Notes: a model not told the origin generated them from the sequence alone. A stretch of 64,000 nucleotides of DNA from Anaerovoracaceae bacterium (GCA_045545455.1 JAZQAY010000120.1:1195-65194); one strand, 5' to 3'; positions 1-10,307 are shown, counted from the stretch's first letter. Numbers and translations: made by a program.

Positions 1-288
1 CACGAGGGTGGTCTTATCTCCGACTCCTCCTGTTGAATGCTTGTCAACTTTGATGCCTTTTATAGAGCTGAGATCCACGGTATCTCCGGAGTATCTCATG
101 GCTGCCGTAAGGGTATATGTCTCCTCTCTTGAGAGACCCCTGAAAAAGATCGCCATGAGAAGCGCTGATACCTGATAATCAGGGATCTCACCCTTCACGT
201 ACCCGTCGATCCACCACTTGATCTCTTCCGCGGTAAGCTCGCCGCCCTCACGTTTTTTATATATGATATCATTCATATTGAAACTCAT
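1..288 (-). CDS. pdp: pyrimidine-nucleoside/thymidine phosphorylase, N-terminal 96 codons (rest lies outside the window)
   Basis: Not in the ORF track because no stop lies in the window. Hand translation from ATG at 288 gives [52 protein letters not shown]...[14 protein letters not shown], i.e. the Pdp/DeoA N-terminal domain plus the HSTGGVGD loop. The start overlaps the deoB stop (ATGA). Confidence 0.75.
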   Translation of the reverse strand, partial: MSFNMNDIIYKKREGGELTAEEIKWWIDGYVKGEIPDYQVSALLMAIFFRGLSREETYTLTAAMRYSGDTVDLSSIKGIKVDKHSTGGVGDKTTLV

Positions 289-1457
289 AAGATTATCTCC
301 TTTTTGAATGAAGTGCCGAAGCCGGTGCCCTCAACTCCAAGCAGGTCGCAAACCGTTGCTCCCAGATCAGCAAAGGACGTTCTGATCCCCAGGTCGACCC
401 CCTGCTTGAGCTTCTTTCCGTATGCGATCACGGGAACGTATTCCCTGGTATGATCCGTTCCGGGTGCAGTCGGGTCGTTTCCATGATCTGCGGTGATGAA
501 CAGGACGTCATCATCAGACATGTGTTCAATGATCTCAGGGATGCGGGCGTCGAACCTTTCGATGTTTTCACCGTATCCCTTGGGATCGCGCCTGTGGCCG
601 TACTTGGCATCGAAGTCCACAAGGTTCGTGAAGATGAAGCCTTCGAAATCCTTGTCAAGCGCATCCAGAGTATTGTCCACTCCGTTCATATCGTCCTTAT
701 TATGTACGGATTCTGTCACTCCGGCACCGTTAAATATATCGCTGATCTTACCTACGGCGTAAACGGTCTTCCCGGCTTCCTTTATCTTGTCCAGGATGGT
801 AGGTCCGAAAGGTGTGACAGAATAGTCATGTCTGTCAGAGGTCCTCTCCCTTTCACCCTCATCGTTTATTATATACGGTCTGGCTATGACCCTGCCGCAG
901 GCGAACTCGCCTACCAGCATCTCCCTGGCTACCTCGCAGTAGTGGTAAAGGGTGTCCAGTCCGAATTTATCCACGTTAAGCGCGATCTGGAACACGGAGT
1001 CCGCTGATGTGTACACGATAGGCTTGCCTGTCGCTTCTGATTCATCTCCCAGATCTTCTATGATCTGAGTTCCGGACGCAGGATAATTTCCTATGCACTC
1101 CGTTCCGATGGCTTCTTCATATTTCTCCATGAATTCTCTGGGGAATCCGTTTGGATATGTCTTGAAGGGAACGTCGGTCTTAAGTCCGGCGATCTCCCAG
1201 TGACCGGTGGTGGTGTCCTTTCCCCTGGAAGCTTCAGCCATCTTGCCGAAGCAACCCACCGGTTCCGGTGATGCGAGTCTTCCCTCCATTACTCCCGGGA
1301 TGTTTCCCCAGCCGAGCTTTAACAGGTTAGGGATCTGAATGCCATTATTGAACTCCCAGATATGTCCGAATGTATCGGCTCCCTTGTCTCCATAATCAGC
1401 CGCATCAGGCATCTCGCCGACTCCAAGGCTGTCAGTTACCACGATAAGTACTTTCAT
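285..1457 (-). CDS. deoB: phosphopentomutase
   Basis: 390-aa track ORF starting [19 protein letters not shown], with [10 protein letters not shown]. This is the typical DeoB metal-site pattern. AGGAGG lies upstream. Confidence 0.9.
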   Translation of the reverse strand: MKVLIVVTDSLGVGEMPDAADYGDKGADTFGHIWEFNNGIQIPNLLKLGWGNIPGVMEGRLASPEPVGCFGKMAEASRGKDTTTGHWEIAGLKTDVPFKTYPNGFPREFMEKYEEAIGTECIGNYPASGTQIIEDLGDESEATGKPIVYTSADSVFQIALNVDKFGLDTLYHYCEVAREMLVGEFACGRVIARPYIINDEGERERTSDRHDYSVTPFGPTILDKIKEAGKTVYAVGKISDIFNGAGVTESVHNKDDMNGVDNTLDALDKDFEGFIFTNLVDFDAKYGHRRDPKGYGENIERFDARIPEIIEHMSDDDVLFITADHGNDPTAPGTDHTREYVPVIAYGKKLKQGVDLGIRTSFADLGATVCDLLGVEGTGFGTSFKKEIIL

Positions 1458-1467
1458 TTAAAGCCTC

Positions 1468-2223
1468 CTATATCAATCTCAGCGGTCTGGCATCCAGATA
1501 GTCCAGACTTACAAGCTTATACTCTACTCCGTTCAGAACGCCCTTCAGGCCGCGTCTGAACTTTTCCCTTCCGTGGAGGTGACCGTAGACGCAGGTCTTC
1601 ACTCCATATTCGCTCATCAGTTCCGTGAATCCGGATACCTGATGCTTGTCGTTTGTGGGAGGATAATGGAGCACTCCGATGATCTCCTTAGCTCCCTTCT
1701 TCTTTCCATCCTCCAGGGAAGCCCTGAGCCTCAGGAGTTCTCTGGAATATATCTTCTGATCGTGTTCATCGAAGCCCTCGGTGCCCGGGCAGTTCCAGCC
1801 CCTGGTGCCGCAGATGGCCAGGTCCCCGATCATATACGCTTCATTATGTACGAAGTTCATCTCAGGATCCCTGATTATCCTCTTTACCATGTGGCCGGAT
1901 CCGTTGTCCTCTTCGATCTCTTTTCCATAGAGCAGATCCAGTACTCTGTGGGATGTCCACCAGAGGTCGTGGTTGCCCTTGAAGAAGATCTTCGTGCCCG
2001 GAAGGCTCCTGAGCCAGTCCAGGTCGTACTTTGCCTCTTCAATGCCAAGCCCCCAGGAAAGATCTCCTGCGACTATCACGTAGTCATCCTCTCTGATCTC
2101 CTCTGTCCAGTTTTTATACAGCTTTTGCCAGTGATCCTCCCACTCCGGTCCGAATACGTCCATGGGCTTGTCTACCCCCGGCGCAAAGGAAAGGTGGGTG
2201 TCACCTATCGCAAATAATCTCAT
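1468..2223 (-). CDS. metallophosphoesterase family protein
   Basis: 251 aa with the GDTHL / GDLSWG / GNHD / GHLHG motif series of calcineurin-like phosphoesterases. The stop codon is TAG. Confidence 0.7.
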   Translation of the reverse strand: MRLFAIGDTHLSFAPGVDKPMDVFGPEWEDHWQKLYKNWTEEIREDDYVIVAGDLSWGLGIEEAKYDLDWLRSLPGTKIFFKGNHDLWWTSHRVLDLLYGKEIEEDNGSGHMVKRIIRDPEMNFVHNEAYMIGDLAICGTRGWNCPGTEGFDEHDQKIYSRELLRLRASLEDGKKKGAKEIIGVLHYPPTNDKHQVSGFTELMSEYGVKTCVYGHLHGREKFRRGLKGVLNGVEYKLVSLDYLDARPLRLI

Positions 2224-2229
2224 TCTATG

Positions 2230-3348
2230 TCAGTCCTCATCGTTCAGATAGAAAGCTTCCGAAAGGCCCAGCATCTCGTCTGATTCTCTTCCATCCAGAG
2301 CTTCCACTGATCTGAGTTTTCTCTCGATCGCCCTGGTCCTGGTCCCTACCAGTTTATCCAGTTCCTCATCCGCCTGTCTGAGACGGCTCCTGGTCTGCTC
2401 AAGCACCTTGCCGAAGGTGCTGAACTCGGTCTTCACAGCTCCCAGGACTTCCCACACCTCGCTGGTGTGCTTCTGTATGGCCAGCGTCCTGAATCCCATC
2501 TGGAGGCTGTTTAAAAGAGCCGCCATGGTGGTGGGTCCTGCCACGTTCACCTTGTAATCCCTCTGAAGCACCTCCACCATGCCGCGGTTCACCACCTCAG
2601 CGTATAGTCCCTCAAAAGGAAGGAACATTATGGCAAAGTCCGTCGTGTAGGGCGGAGCTATGTATTTATCCCTTATGTCCTTAGCTTCCTGCTTGATGGT
2701 CTGTTCCAGCATCTTCCAGCACTTCTCCGCAAGTTCCCTGTTTCCGCTGTCGTATGCATCTCTAAGCTGAGCATAACGGTCACCCGGGAATTTCGAGTCG
2801 ATGGGAAGATATACCGGTCTCTCACCATCTCCGGGAAGTTTGACGGCGAATTCCACCCTTTCGCGGGAGCCCGGGACTGTGGCTATATCCTCCTCGTACT
2901 GCTCCTTTGAAAGGATCTCGTCAAGGATCGCCCCAAGCTGGACTTCTCCCAGAATCCCTCTGGTCTTAACGTTGGAAAGCACCTTCTTAAGGTCTCCCAC
3001 TCCCTGAGCAAGGCTCTGCATCTCGCCTACGCTTTTATATACCTGCTCCATGGACTGCCGCATATATTCAAGCTTGCGCTCGTTTTCCACCGCCATGGAT
3101 GATATCCTGGCGTTCATGTCCATCAGCCTGGCGTCTACCTTGGCGCCGTTTTCCTGAAGCCTGCTGTCTATCAGGTCGTTGGAGTTTCTGCTCATGTCCA
3201 GATAGGCCTTGGCCATGGCGTTGACCTCACGGTTGAGGCCGCGGTTCGACATGATAAGAAAAACGATCAGCACCAGACTCAAAGCCACTATCGTTGCCAG
3301 GAACAGTATCAGAGTATTCGTATCAAGAGCCGCAATGGTTTCGTTCAT
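2230..3348 (-). CDS. rmuC: DNA recombination protein RmuC
   Basis: 372 aa with an N-terminal TM helix, a coiled-coil region and an RmuC-type C-terminal region (FAIMFLPFEGLYAEVV...). Confidence 0.75.
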   Translation of the reverse strand: MNETIAALDTNTLILFLATIVALSLVLIVFLIMSNRGLNREVNAMAKAYLDMSRNSNDLIDSRLQENGAKVDARLMDMNARISSMAVENERKLEYMRQSMEQVYKSVGEMQSLAQGVGDLKKVLSNVKTRGILGEVQLGAILDEILSKEQYEEDIATVPGSRERVEFAVKLPGDGERPVYLPIDSKFPGDRYAQLRDAYDSGNRELAEKCWKMLEQTIKQEAKDIRDKYIAPPYTTDFAIMFLPFEGLYAEVVNRGMVEVLQRDYKVNVAGPTTMAALLNSLQMGFRTLAIQKHTSEVWEVLGAVKTEFSTFGKVLEQTRSRLRQADEELDKLVGTRTRAIERKLRSVEALDGRESDEMLGLSEAFYLNDED

Positions 3349-3673
3349 ATCTCAATTATACCCTTTTATGTGTGTTTCATATGACGGGAAACTGTTCAGC
3401 CGGTGACCGCCCGAACTTATCCAGCGCCTTCTTTAACTAATATATCATATCACTTTTCAGAGCAAGAATCAACCGGACATTATGTGTATCATCGTCTGAG
3501 CCATACAGCGTTTACCTCAGATGAAAAACGCAATATCCGGGTTATTGGCCTGAAAAGTGACATACTATTTGATCAAATAACTTGTATAAACATGTTATTT
3601 TTGTTAAAATTAAATAACTATACAAAAAATCAGCGTATTCTTTGCTTTTGTTGACAGAAAGAAGGGACTAATC

Positions 3674-5296
3674 ATGATAACCGGAGCAGAAGCTATGGTG
3701 AAATGCCTTGAGGCAGAGGGAATAACCAGAATATTCGGATATCCCGGAGTTGCCATAGCACCATTTTATGAAGGATTGTATAATTCCAGCATCGAGCACA
3801 TCCTCGTGCGTCAGGAACAGGCAGCAGGAAATGCAGCGTCGGGATACGCCAGAGTATCCAGGAAGCCTGCAGTATGCGTCACCACCTCCGGGCCGGGAGC
3901 TACCAATCTCATAACAGCTCTCGCCACCGCCTACGCTGACAGCATTCCCGTCATCGCCATCACCGGTCAGGTATCCTCCGATCTTCTCGGAAAGGACGTC
4001 TTTCAGGAAGCTGACATGACCGGGGCTACTGAATCCTTCACCAAATACCGCTACCTGGTAAAAGACGTGAACGATATTCCAAGGATATTCAAGGAAGCCT
4101 TCTATATCGCAAACACAGGCCGTAAAGGTCCGGTCCTGATCGACGTTCCCATCGACGTGCAGGAGGCGAAGCTCAAGAAGGATTTCAAATATCCGGACAG
4201 CGTCGAGATCCGCGGCTATAAGCCCAACACCAAAGGAAACAAGCAGCAGCTCTCCAAAGTCATCCAGGCCATAAAGCGCGCAAAGAAACCCATCATCTGT
4301 ACCGGAGGAGGAGTCATCCTCGGAAACGGCGAAGATCATATAAGGCGTTTCTGCGAGAAGTTCAACATCCCATGCGTATCCACCATGATGGGTATCGGAG
4401 TGCTTCCCAAGGCTCATCCCCTCTATTTCGGCATGCTCGGAAATAACGGCAAGCCCTACGCCAACAGAGCTATCGCCCTTTCAGATCTCATGATCATCGT
4501 AGGCGCCAGGATCGCTGACAGGACAGTCCCCACTCCCGACAAGCTCGAGAGCCAGGTGAAGATCATACATATCGATATCGATACCGCTGAGATCGGTAAG
4601 AATCTGGGTCCCACCATTCCTTTGGTAGGCGACGTAAGGAACATCTTTGACGAACTGATCAAGGAAGATATCCAGCCCAAGGCTCAGTCATGGATCGACG
4701 AACTGAACGAGATCAAGCACAGCACCGTCGACACCAGAGTGTTCAGCGACAAGCTGGTGAACCCGAACATCCTCGTTCAGAAGCTCGCTGAAAAGATGGA
4801 CGATGACGCGATCTACGTAGCTGACGTCGGACAGAACCAGCTCTGGTCTGCTGACAACTACGTCATGAAGAAAGGCCGCTTCCTTACCACCGGTGGCATG
4901 GGGACCATGGGATATTCCATTCCTGCAGGCATGGGCGCCAAGATGTACGCTCATGACAAGCAGGTGGTGTGCGTCATAGGCGACGGAGCTTTCCAGATGT
5001 CCATGAACGAGCTGGCTACGATCAAGGATCACAGCGTTCCCCTTAAGATACTCATCATCAAGAACCGCTACCTGGGCCTTGTGAGAGAGTATCAGGATAA
5101 GACTTATGACGGTCATCACTCCGGAGTCGAACTCTTCGACTATCCTCACTACGACAAGATAGCCGAAGCCTACGATATGCCCTACTTCCACGCCGGAACC
5201 ACCGGGGAGCTGGACAAGGTACTCGACGGCTTCCTCAAATGCAGCGAAGCCTGTCTCATGGTATGCGACGTAGATTCAAAGGATAATTCCAAGTAA
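3674..5296 (+). CDS. ilvB: acetolactate synthase large subunit
   Basis: 540 aa ThDP enzyme with GGMGTMGYSIPAGMGAK and the GDGAFQM...N ThDP motif. It is followed by the small subunit gene. Confidence 0.9.
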   Translation: MITGAEAMVKCLEAEGITRIFGYPGVAIAPFYEGLYNSSIEHILVRQEQAAGNAASGYARVSRKPAVCVTTSGPGATNLITALATAYADSIPVIAITGQVSSDLLGKDVFQEADMTGATESFTKYRYLVKDVNDIPRIFKEAFYIANTGRKGPVLIDVPIDVQEAKLKKDFKYPDSVEIRGYKPNTKGNKQQLSKVIQAIKRAKKPIICTGGGVILGNGEDHIRRFCEKFNIPCVSTMMGIGVLPKAHPLYFGMLGNNGKPYANRAIALSDLMIIVGARIADRTVPTPDKLESQVKIIHIDIDTAEIGKNLGPTIPLVGDVRNIFDELIKEDIQPKAQSWIDELNEIKHSTVDTRVFSDKLVNPNILVQKLAEKMDDDAIYVADVGQNQLWSADNYVMKKGRFLTTGGMGTMGYSIPAGMGAKMYAHDKQVVCVIGDGAFQMSMNELATIKDHSVPLKILIIKNRYLGLVREYQDKTYDGHHSGVELFDYPHYDKIAEAYDMPYFHAGTTGELDKVLDGFLKCSEACLMVCDVDSKDNSK

Positions 5297-5310
5297 GGAG
5301 GTAACCGGAT

Positions 5311-5784
5311 ATGAAAGGCATTTTTACAGTACTGGTAGAGAATAAGTCCGGTGTGCTTTCACAGATCTCCGGATTGTTCGCAAGGCGCGGTTTCAACATA
5401 GACAGCCTTGCTGTAGGCGAAACAGAGCGCCACGATATCTCATCCATGACCATAGTCTCCACAGGAGATGAGAGGACTATAGATCAGATCGAAAAGCACC
5501 TCAATAAGAAGATCGACGTCATCAAGGTGAGAAGGCTGGACGAAGCCCAGACCATCTCCCTGGAAATGATGCTGATGAAGGTGTCATACAACCCCAATAA
5601 CAGAGCAGCTCTCATCGAGCTCTGCACCATCACCGGAGCCAAGATCATGCACGTTTCACCCAAGCATATAATACTTGAGCTCCACAATACTCCGGATTTC
5701 ATCGAGAACTTCATCGAGCTCGTAAGGACTTACGGCATAGTTGAGATCCAGAGGACCGGCACCATATCGCTGGAAAAAAATTAA
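5311..5784 (+). CDS. ilvN: acetolactate synthase small (regulatory, ACT-domain) subunit
   Basis: 157 aa with LVENKSGVLSQISGLFARRGFNIDSLAVG. AGGAGG SD; sits directly after ilvB. Confidence 0.85.
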   Translation: MKGIFTVLVENKSGVLSQISGLFARRGFNIDSLAVGETERHDISSMTIVSTGDERTIDQIEKHLNKKIDVIKVRRLDEAQTISLEMMLMKVSYNPNNRAALIELCTITGAKIMHVSPKHIILELHNTPDFIENFIELVRTYGIVEIQRTGTISLEKN

Positions 5785-5803
5785 AACAAAGAAGGTAAGT
5801 TAA

Positions 5804-7012
5804 ATGAAATACGATTTCACAAGCATACTCGACAGAAGAGGAATGGACGCCATAGCAGTGGATCCCGGAACAGACCCCTACGGTATCGCACCGAAGGGTA
5901 AGATCCGCGAGGGCTTTGACGTCATACCCATGTGGGTAGCGGACATGAACTTCGCCACCGCTCCGACTATTATCGAGGCCATAACAGAACGTGCGAAACA
6001 TCCCGCTTTCGGATATTTTGCTCCGAGGAAGGAATACTTCGACAGCATCGTGAACTGGCATACGAAGAGAAACGGTGTCAAGGGTCTGGAAGCAAAGCAT
6101 ATAGGCTACCAGAACGGAGTGCTCGGCGGAGTGATCAGCGCTCTTAAAGTTCTTTGCTCCGATGGCGATAACGTGCTTGTGCATGCTCCCACCTATGTAG
6201 GCTTCCTGGAGGAAGTTGGAGCAGTTGGATATAACCTGGTGGGAAGCGAACTTAAAAAGGACGGGAACGGCGTATGGCGCATGGACTACGAGGATATGGA
6301 GGAAAAGATAAAGAGATACCATATCCACACGGCCATCATGTGCTCCCCTCACAATCCTACGGGAAGAGTATGGGAACGCGAAGAACTCGAAAAGGCTTAC
6401 GAGATCTTCAGGAGAAACAACGTTTACGTCGTATCGGATGAGATCTGGTCAGACCTCATACTTGAAGGCTACAGGCACATACCTCTTCAGTCCGTGGACG
6501 AGGACGCAAGAGAGCGCACGGTCGCCATGTATGCTCCATCCAAGACCTTCAATCTGGCAGGACTTCAGGGAAGCTATCACATAATCTATAACGACTATCT
6601 GAGAGACAGAATATCCCGTCAGTCCGCACTTCCGGTATACAATGCCATGAACGTGCTCTCGATGCACGCTCTTATCGGTGCATATAAGCCCGAAGGCGAG
6701 GAATGGCTGGATCAGCTCAGAACAGTTCTCTCTGAGAACGTGGACTTCGCCTGCGATTTCATCCATGAGAATTTCAAAGGCGTGGAAGTCTCTCACCCTC
6801 AGGGAACATACATGCTCCTCCTGGACTGCGGAGAGTGGCTTAAGGATCACGAGAAGACTCTGGACCAGCTTCTTGAGTCCGGCGTGGAAGTGGGCATTCT
6901 CTGGCAGGACGGACGTCAGTTCAACAGGCCTGACTCCATCCGTCTCAATCTGGCGCTTCCCTCCTCAAGAGTGGAGGAAGCATTCAGAAGGATGAAGGAA
7001 TACGTATTCTGA
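5804..7012 (+). CDS. MalY/PatB-type PLP-dependent aminotransferase / C-S lyase
   Basis: 402 aa class I/II aminotransferase fold, with SPHNPTGRVW and SKTFNLAGL (PLP lysine). Confidence 0.75.
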   Translation: MKYDFTSILDRRGMDAIAVDPGTDPYGIAPKGKIREGFDVIPMWVADMNFATAPTIIEAITERAKHPAFGYFAPRKEYFDSIVNWHTKRNGVKGLEAKHIGYQNGVLGGVISALKVLCSDGDNVLVHAPTYVGFLEEVGAVGYNLVGSELKKDGNGVWRMDYEDMEEKIKRYHIHTAIMCSPHNPTGRVWEREELEKAYEIFRRNNVYVVSDEIWSDLILEGYRHIPLQSVDEDARERTVAMYAPSKTFNLAGLQGSYHIIYNDYLRDRISRQSALPVYNAMNVLSMHALIGAYKPEGEEWLDQLRTVLSENVDFACDFIHENFKGVEVSHPQGTYMLLLDCGEWLKDHEKTLDQLLESGVEVGILWQDGRQFNRPDSIRLNLALPSSRVEEAFRRMKEYVF

Positions 7013-7033
7013 AATAAATAGAAGCAAATAAAA

Positions 7034-7069
7034 ACTCCGGTCAGGATATGTCCTGCCGGAGTATTTTTT
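7034..7069. terminator. bidirectional intrinsic terminator between the aminotransferase gene (+) and rplT (-)
   Basis: ACTCCGG(T)CAGGA-TATG-TCCTGCCGGAGT hairpin flanked by an A-run on one side and a T-run on the other. Confidence 0.6.
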
Positions 7070-7077
7070 CGGAACTA

Positions 7078-7434
7078 TTATGCAAGGGCTGCCTTTGCCT
7101 TTTCGCAAAGTGCAGTGAAACCTGCTGCATCGTAGATAGCCATCTCGGAGAGCATCTTACGGTTGATTTCGATACCGCTCTTCTTAAGACCATCCATGAG
7201 TCTGGAATAGCTCATTCCGTTCATTCTTGCTGCAGCGTTGATCCTTGCGATCCACATCTGGCGATACTGTCTCTTCTTAAGCTTTCTTCCTACGTAAGCT
7301 GATCTTAATGATCTCATAACAGCCTGGTTAGCAACCTTGAACTGCTTGGATTTAGCACCGTAGAATCCCTTAGCCTGCTTTAAAACTTTTTTATGTCTCT
7401 TATGGGCATTTAAGCCGCCTTTTACTCTTGCCAT
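7078..7434 (-). CDS. rplT: 50S ribosomal protein L20
   Basis: 118 aa starting [26 protein letters not shown]. Confidence 0.95.
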   Translation of the reverse strand: MARVKGGLNAHKRHKKVLKQAKGFYGAKSKQFKVANQAVMRSLRSAYVGRKLKKRQYRQMWIARINAAARMNGMSYSRLMDGLKKSGIEINRKMLSEMAIYDAAGFTALCEKAKAALA

Positions 7435-7449
7435 ATTTCTTACCTCCTA

Positions 7450-7650
7450 TTATTTAGCCATTGATCTGAGCATTCTCTTTAAGTCTGCTGATGTTAAAGT
7501 AGTAGCTTTTCTTAAGCCTCTCTTACGCTTAGCAGCTTTCTTGGTAAGAATGTGGCTCTTGTATGCCTTGTTTCTCTTTACTTTGCCGGATCCTGTTAAA
7601 TGTAATCTCTTGCATGCACCTCTGTGGGATTTCATCTTGTTCTTTGCCAT
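7450..7650 (-). CDS. rpmI: 50S ribosomal protein L35
   Basis: 66 aa starting [26 protein letters not shown]. Confidence 0.95.
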   Translation of the reverse strand: MAKNKMKSHRGACKRLHLTGSGKVKRNKAYKSHILTKKAAKRKRGLRKATTLTSADLKRMLRSMAK

Positions 7651-7743
7651 GATGTGTTTTCCTTTCTATATGAATCGATTCTGTAACTGTTGAAGAATCT
7701 GCCGGTCTGGATGCGATCCGCGCACCCGGCCCTGTCGGCAGAA

Positions 7744-8265
7744 TTACTTATCCTTGTCGGACTTGGGGCTGAGGAACATATTGATGCCTCTTCCCTCGAA
7801 CTTGGGCTTCTTATCGACCACGCAGATATCCGATAATGACTCTGCGAAATCGTTCATCACCTCAATAGCATGGTTGGCGTAATCTCTTTCTCTTCCTCTT
7901 AAGCGAAGGGATACCTTGACACGGTTTCCTTCCTGGAGGAACTTTGACGCGTTCTTTGCCTTAACCTGAATGTCATGTTCTTCGATGAAAGTTGAAAGTC
8001 TTACTTCCTTGACCTCTGTCACCTTCTGTCTCTTCTTGGCGTCCTTTTCCCTCTTCTGGATCTCATAGCGGTACTTGCCGTAGTCCAGGATCTTGCAGAC
8101 CGGGGGATTGGCGTTGGGAGAAACGTTGACCAGATCGAGATTCTTCTCATCGGCAATGCGAAGCGCTTCCTCAATGGGAAGGATCCCCAGCATGTTGCCT
8201 TCATCATCGATAACTCTTACTTCTGCGTCACGAATTTCTTCGTTGATCAATGCTTCCTTGCTAAT
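7744..8265 (-). CDS. infC: translation initiation factor IF-3 (non-AUG ATT start)
   Basis: The track ORF (199 aa) extends through the leader. GGAGGTG (8280-8274) sits 8 nt upstream of the in-frame ATT at 8265. The product (M)SKEALINEEIRDAEVRVIDDEG parallels the Bacillus IF3 N-terminus. Confidence 0.8.
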   Translation of the reverse strand: MSKEALINEEIRDAEVRVIDDEGNMLGILPIEEALRIADEKNLDLVNVSPNANPPVCKILDYGKYRYEIQKREKDAKKRQKVTEVKEVRLSTFIEEHDIQVKAKNASKFLQEGNRVKVSLRLRGRERDYANHAIEVMNDFAESLSDICVVDKKPKFEGRGINMFLSPKSDKDK

Positions 8266-8298
8266 GGTAATTTCACCTCCTGAGTATGTCGTTCCGAC

Positions 8299-8329
8299 AA
8301 AATAAAAGCGGATGTAAAGAAACATCCGC
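8299..8329 (-). terminator. leader (attenuator) terminator upstream of infC
   Basis: Minus strand reads GCGGATGT-TTCTTT-ACATCCGC followed by TTTTATTTT. It lies between the promoter and the infC SD. Confidence 0.5.
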
Positions 8330-8422
8330 GCACACTGACTCACAGTGATAAAGTCTCTATCAACCTGAACGGGACCATTCTCGTCAGGTGAGAAGCGGAT
8401 ACTTCTTCTTCGTTACTGAACT

Positions 8423-8451
8423 AATATAACACTCCGTCCCAGCCGTGTCAA
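8423..8451 (-). promoter_or_regulatory. sigma-A type promoter of the infC-rpmI-rplT operon
   Basis: Minus strand reads TTGACA (8451-8446), a 17-nt spacer, then TATATT (8428-8423). Confidence 0.55.
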
Positions 8452-8517
8452 GGTGTTTTTAGGGTTTTTCAAAAGTATTTTTTGCTGTGTTTTAACATAT
8501 GCAGGATCAAAAAATAA

Positions 8518-8531
8518 GGAACACCTGTTTA
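8518..8531 (+). promoter_or_regulatory. candidate LexA (SOS/Cheo-type) box upstream of lexA
   Basis: GGAACACCTGTTTA is a GAAC-N4-GTTT arrangement about 90 nt upstream of the lexA ATG. Confidence 0.35.
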
Positions 8532-8621
8532 CTTTTTGTTCGGCATATGGTACAATTATTGCGAACAGACGAACATACATACTTTATTTTGATATTTGAT
8601 ATATTTAAAGAGGTGTTTGAC

Positions 8622-9284
8622 ATGCTTAAGCCAAGACAGCAGAAGATCCTTGAATTCATGAAAGAAGAGATCTCCACCAAGGGTTATCCTCCTACGGTGA
8701 GAGAGATATGTTCCGCCATAGGCATCAAATCCACTTCCACCGTCCATAAGGACATCGAGACCTTGGTAAGCGAGGGCTATCTTAAGAAAGACCCATCAAA
8801 GCCCAGAGCTTTAATGGTGGTGGATCCTAAGACCAAGTCCGGTCACGTAGACGCAGCCGGCACTGCACAGGCTGCTGAAGGAGATGTTCTTCCATATAAT
8901 GTGGTGGAAGTTCCCGTTGTAGGCCGCGTTGCAGCAGGCGAACCGATCTTCGCTGAGCAGAACATCGAGGATTCCTTCCCTCTTCCCGACCGCTTCGTTA
9001 ACGGCGGTAACAACTTCATGCTGAGAGTCAAGGGAGAATCCATGATAGAAGCAGGCATCATGGACGGTGACCTGATCCTGGTGCAGGAGACCAGCGAAGC
9101 CAGAAACGGCGAGATCGTGGTCGCCCTCATCGACGGTATAGAGACAGGTGCTACGGTCAAGACCTTCTACAGAAGAAACGGTAAGATCTACCTCACCCCT
9201 GAGAATAAGACCATGGGCCCTATCATCGTGGACGATGCCACGATCGTAGGCAAGGTCAAGGGTGTATTCAGGTATTTCAACTAA
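8622..9284 (+). CDS. lexA: LexA repressor
   Basis: Start moved to the ATG at 8622 (AAAGAGGTG SD). N-terminus MLKPRQQKILEFMKEEISTKGYPPTVREI, with the VAAGEP cleavage region and the GESM / K S24-peptidase motifs. Confidence 0.9.
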   Translation: MLKPRQQKILEFMKEEISTKGYPPTVREICSAIGIKSTSTVHKDIETLVSEGYLKKDPSKPRALMVVDPKTKSGHVDAAGTAQAAEGDVLPYNVVEVPVVGRVAAGEPIFAEQNIEDSFPLPDRFVNGGNNFMLRVKGESMIEAGIMDGDLILVQETSEARNGEIVVALIDGIETGATVKTFYRRNGKIYLTPENKTMGPIIVDDATIVGKVKGVFRYFN

Positions 9285-9295
9285 GTAAGCAAACT

Positions 9296-9322
9296 AAAAA
9301 CGGGCTCGGGCCCGTTTTTTTT
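9296..9322. terminator. bidirectional terminator (lexA on +, end of the pyl operon on -)
   Basis: AAAAACGGGC-TCGG-GCCCGTTTTTTTT. Confidence 0.6.
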
Positions 9323-9326
9323 ATTG

Positions 9327-10298
9327 TCATCCTATGACCAGCGGCACCAGCACAGGCACCGACAGGCACATCAGAAGTCCTATTCCGAAGCTGTAGACCA
9401 CGGTATCTTCTCTGGCAGACCTTTCAACTATGGGCATGCACACGTCCATGGCAGCCACTCCGGGAACTGCGCAGGCCTCCACATAGCCGATCTTCTGGGC
9501 CAGGAAAGGTATTCCTATTATTCCTGCAACTTCCCTTAGTACGTTATGAAGGAAACTTATGGCAGAGGCTACTGGGTATCCGGCCTGAAGTATGACGTTA
9601 GGCGCATATGTATACCAGCCGAAGCCGCAGGATATGGCGATCCCCTCCCTGAGAGTCATTGGAGATACGGCAGCGTATATTACGCCCCCAAGAACGCTTC
9701 CCAGAACTGCCGCTATGGGGAAGATGATTATCCCTGCTCCGGCTTTTTTAATGTTTCTGAAGACGGAGCCGTCCAGTCCTAATGTCAGTCCAACGGTGCC
9801 TATCAGAAGAACGAGGCAGGCTGTGAGGTATGGATCCGACTTTATCATGAACTCATCCTGAACTCCGAGTTTTTTATATATCAGGAAATAACCCACAGAC
9901 ATGCCCAGGGCGACGACGATGCCTATGATGATCGTCGATTTGATCCCTCCTACGTCCGTCTTTGCATCCCTGGCCATTTTCTGATCCTTAGGCACCCTTT
10001 CATCCCCCACGTTTCCGTAGCGGTCCATCTTAAGTATCTTTCTGGAAAGAGTGATCCCCAGCACGCTCATGACTATGGTTATTATCGTAACTATGAGCGA
10101 CTGTATGCCGATGGTCCCCAGGGAATCCACGATCTCCTTGTTGGCACCCATCCTGAGTCCCATCAGAAGGACCAGGAGATAGACCATGATGTTCATGGCG
10201 CTCTCTACCCAGCCCAGTTTTTCTTTTCTGTCGCGGAGCTTCATTCCCACGATATACATGAGTATGAGTGCGCTCCAGCACATTGCAAGTAATTTCAT
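9327..10298 (-). CDS. LysO/YbjE-family (DUF340) membrane exporter
   Basis: 323 aa, multi-TM. The C-terminal half (CGFGWYTYAPNV...FLHNVLREVAGIIGIP...AMDVCMPIV) resembles E. coli LysO as I remember it. It starts 9 nt after the pylB stop. Confidence 0.55.
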   Translation of the reverse strand: MKLLAMCWSALILMYIVGMKLRDRKEKLGWVESAMNIMVYLLVLLMGLRMGANKEIVDSLGTIGIQSLIVTIITIVMSVLGITLSRKILKMDRYGNVGDERVPKDQKMARDAKTDVGGIKSTIIIGIVVALGMSVGYFLIYKKLGVQDEFMIKSDPYLTACLVLLIGTVGLTLGLDGSVFRNIKKAGAGIIIFPIAAVLGSVLGGVIYAAVSPMTLREGIAISCGFGWYTYAPNVILQAGYPVASAISFLHNVLREVAGIIGIPFLAQKIGYVEACAVPGVAAMDVCMPIVERSAREDTVVYSFGIGLLMCLSVPVLVPLVIG

Positions 10299-10307
10299 AC
10301 GCGATTA

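Noticed and set aside
8499-8621. The N-terminal extensions of the track ORFs for lexA (41 codons), PadR (23221-23343), the mttC-like corrinoid protein, the SDR, PilT, GspF and ppdK.
   Set aside because: In each case an internal ATG with a proper SD matches the family N-terminus. The extensions overlap upstream genes or leader elements.
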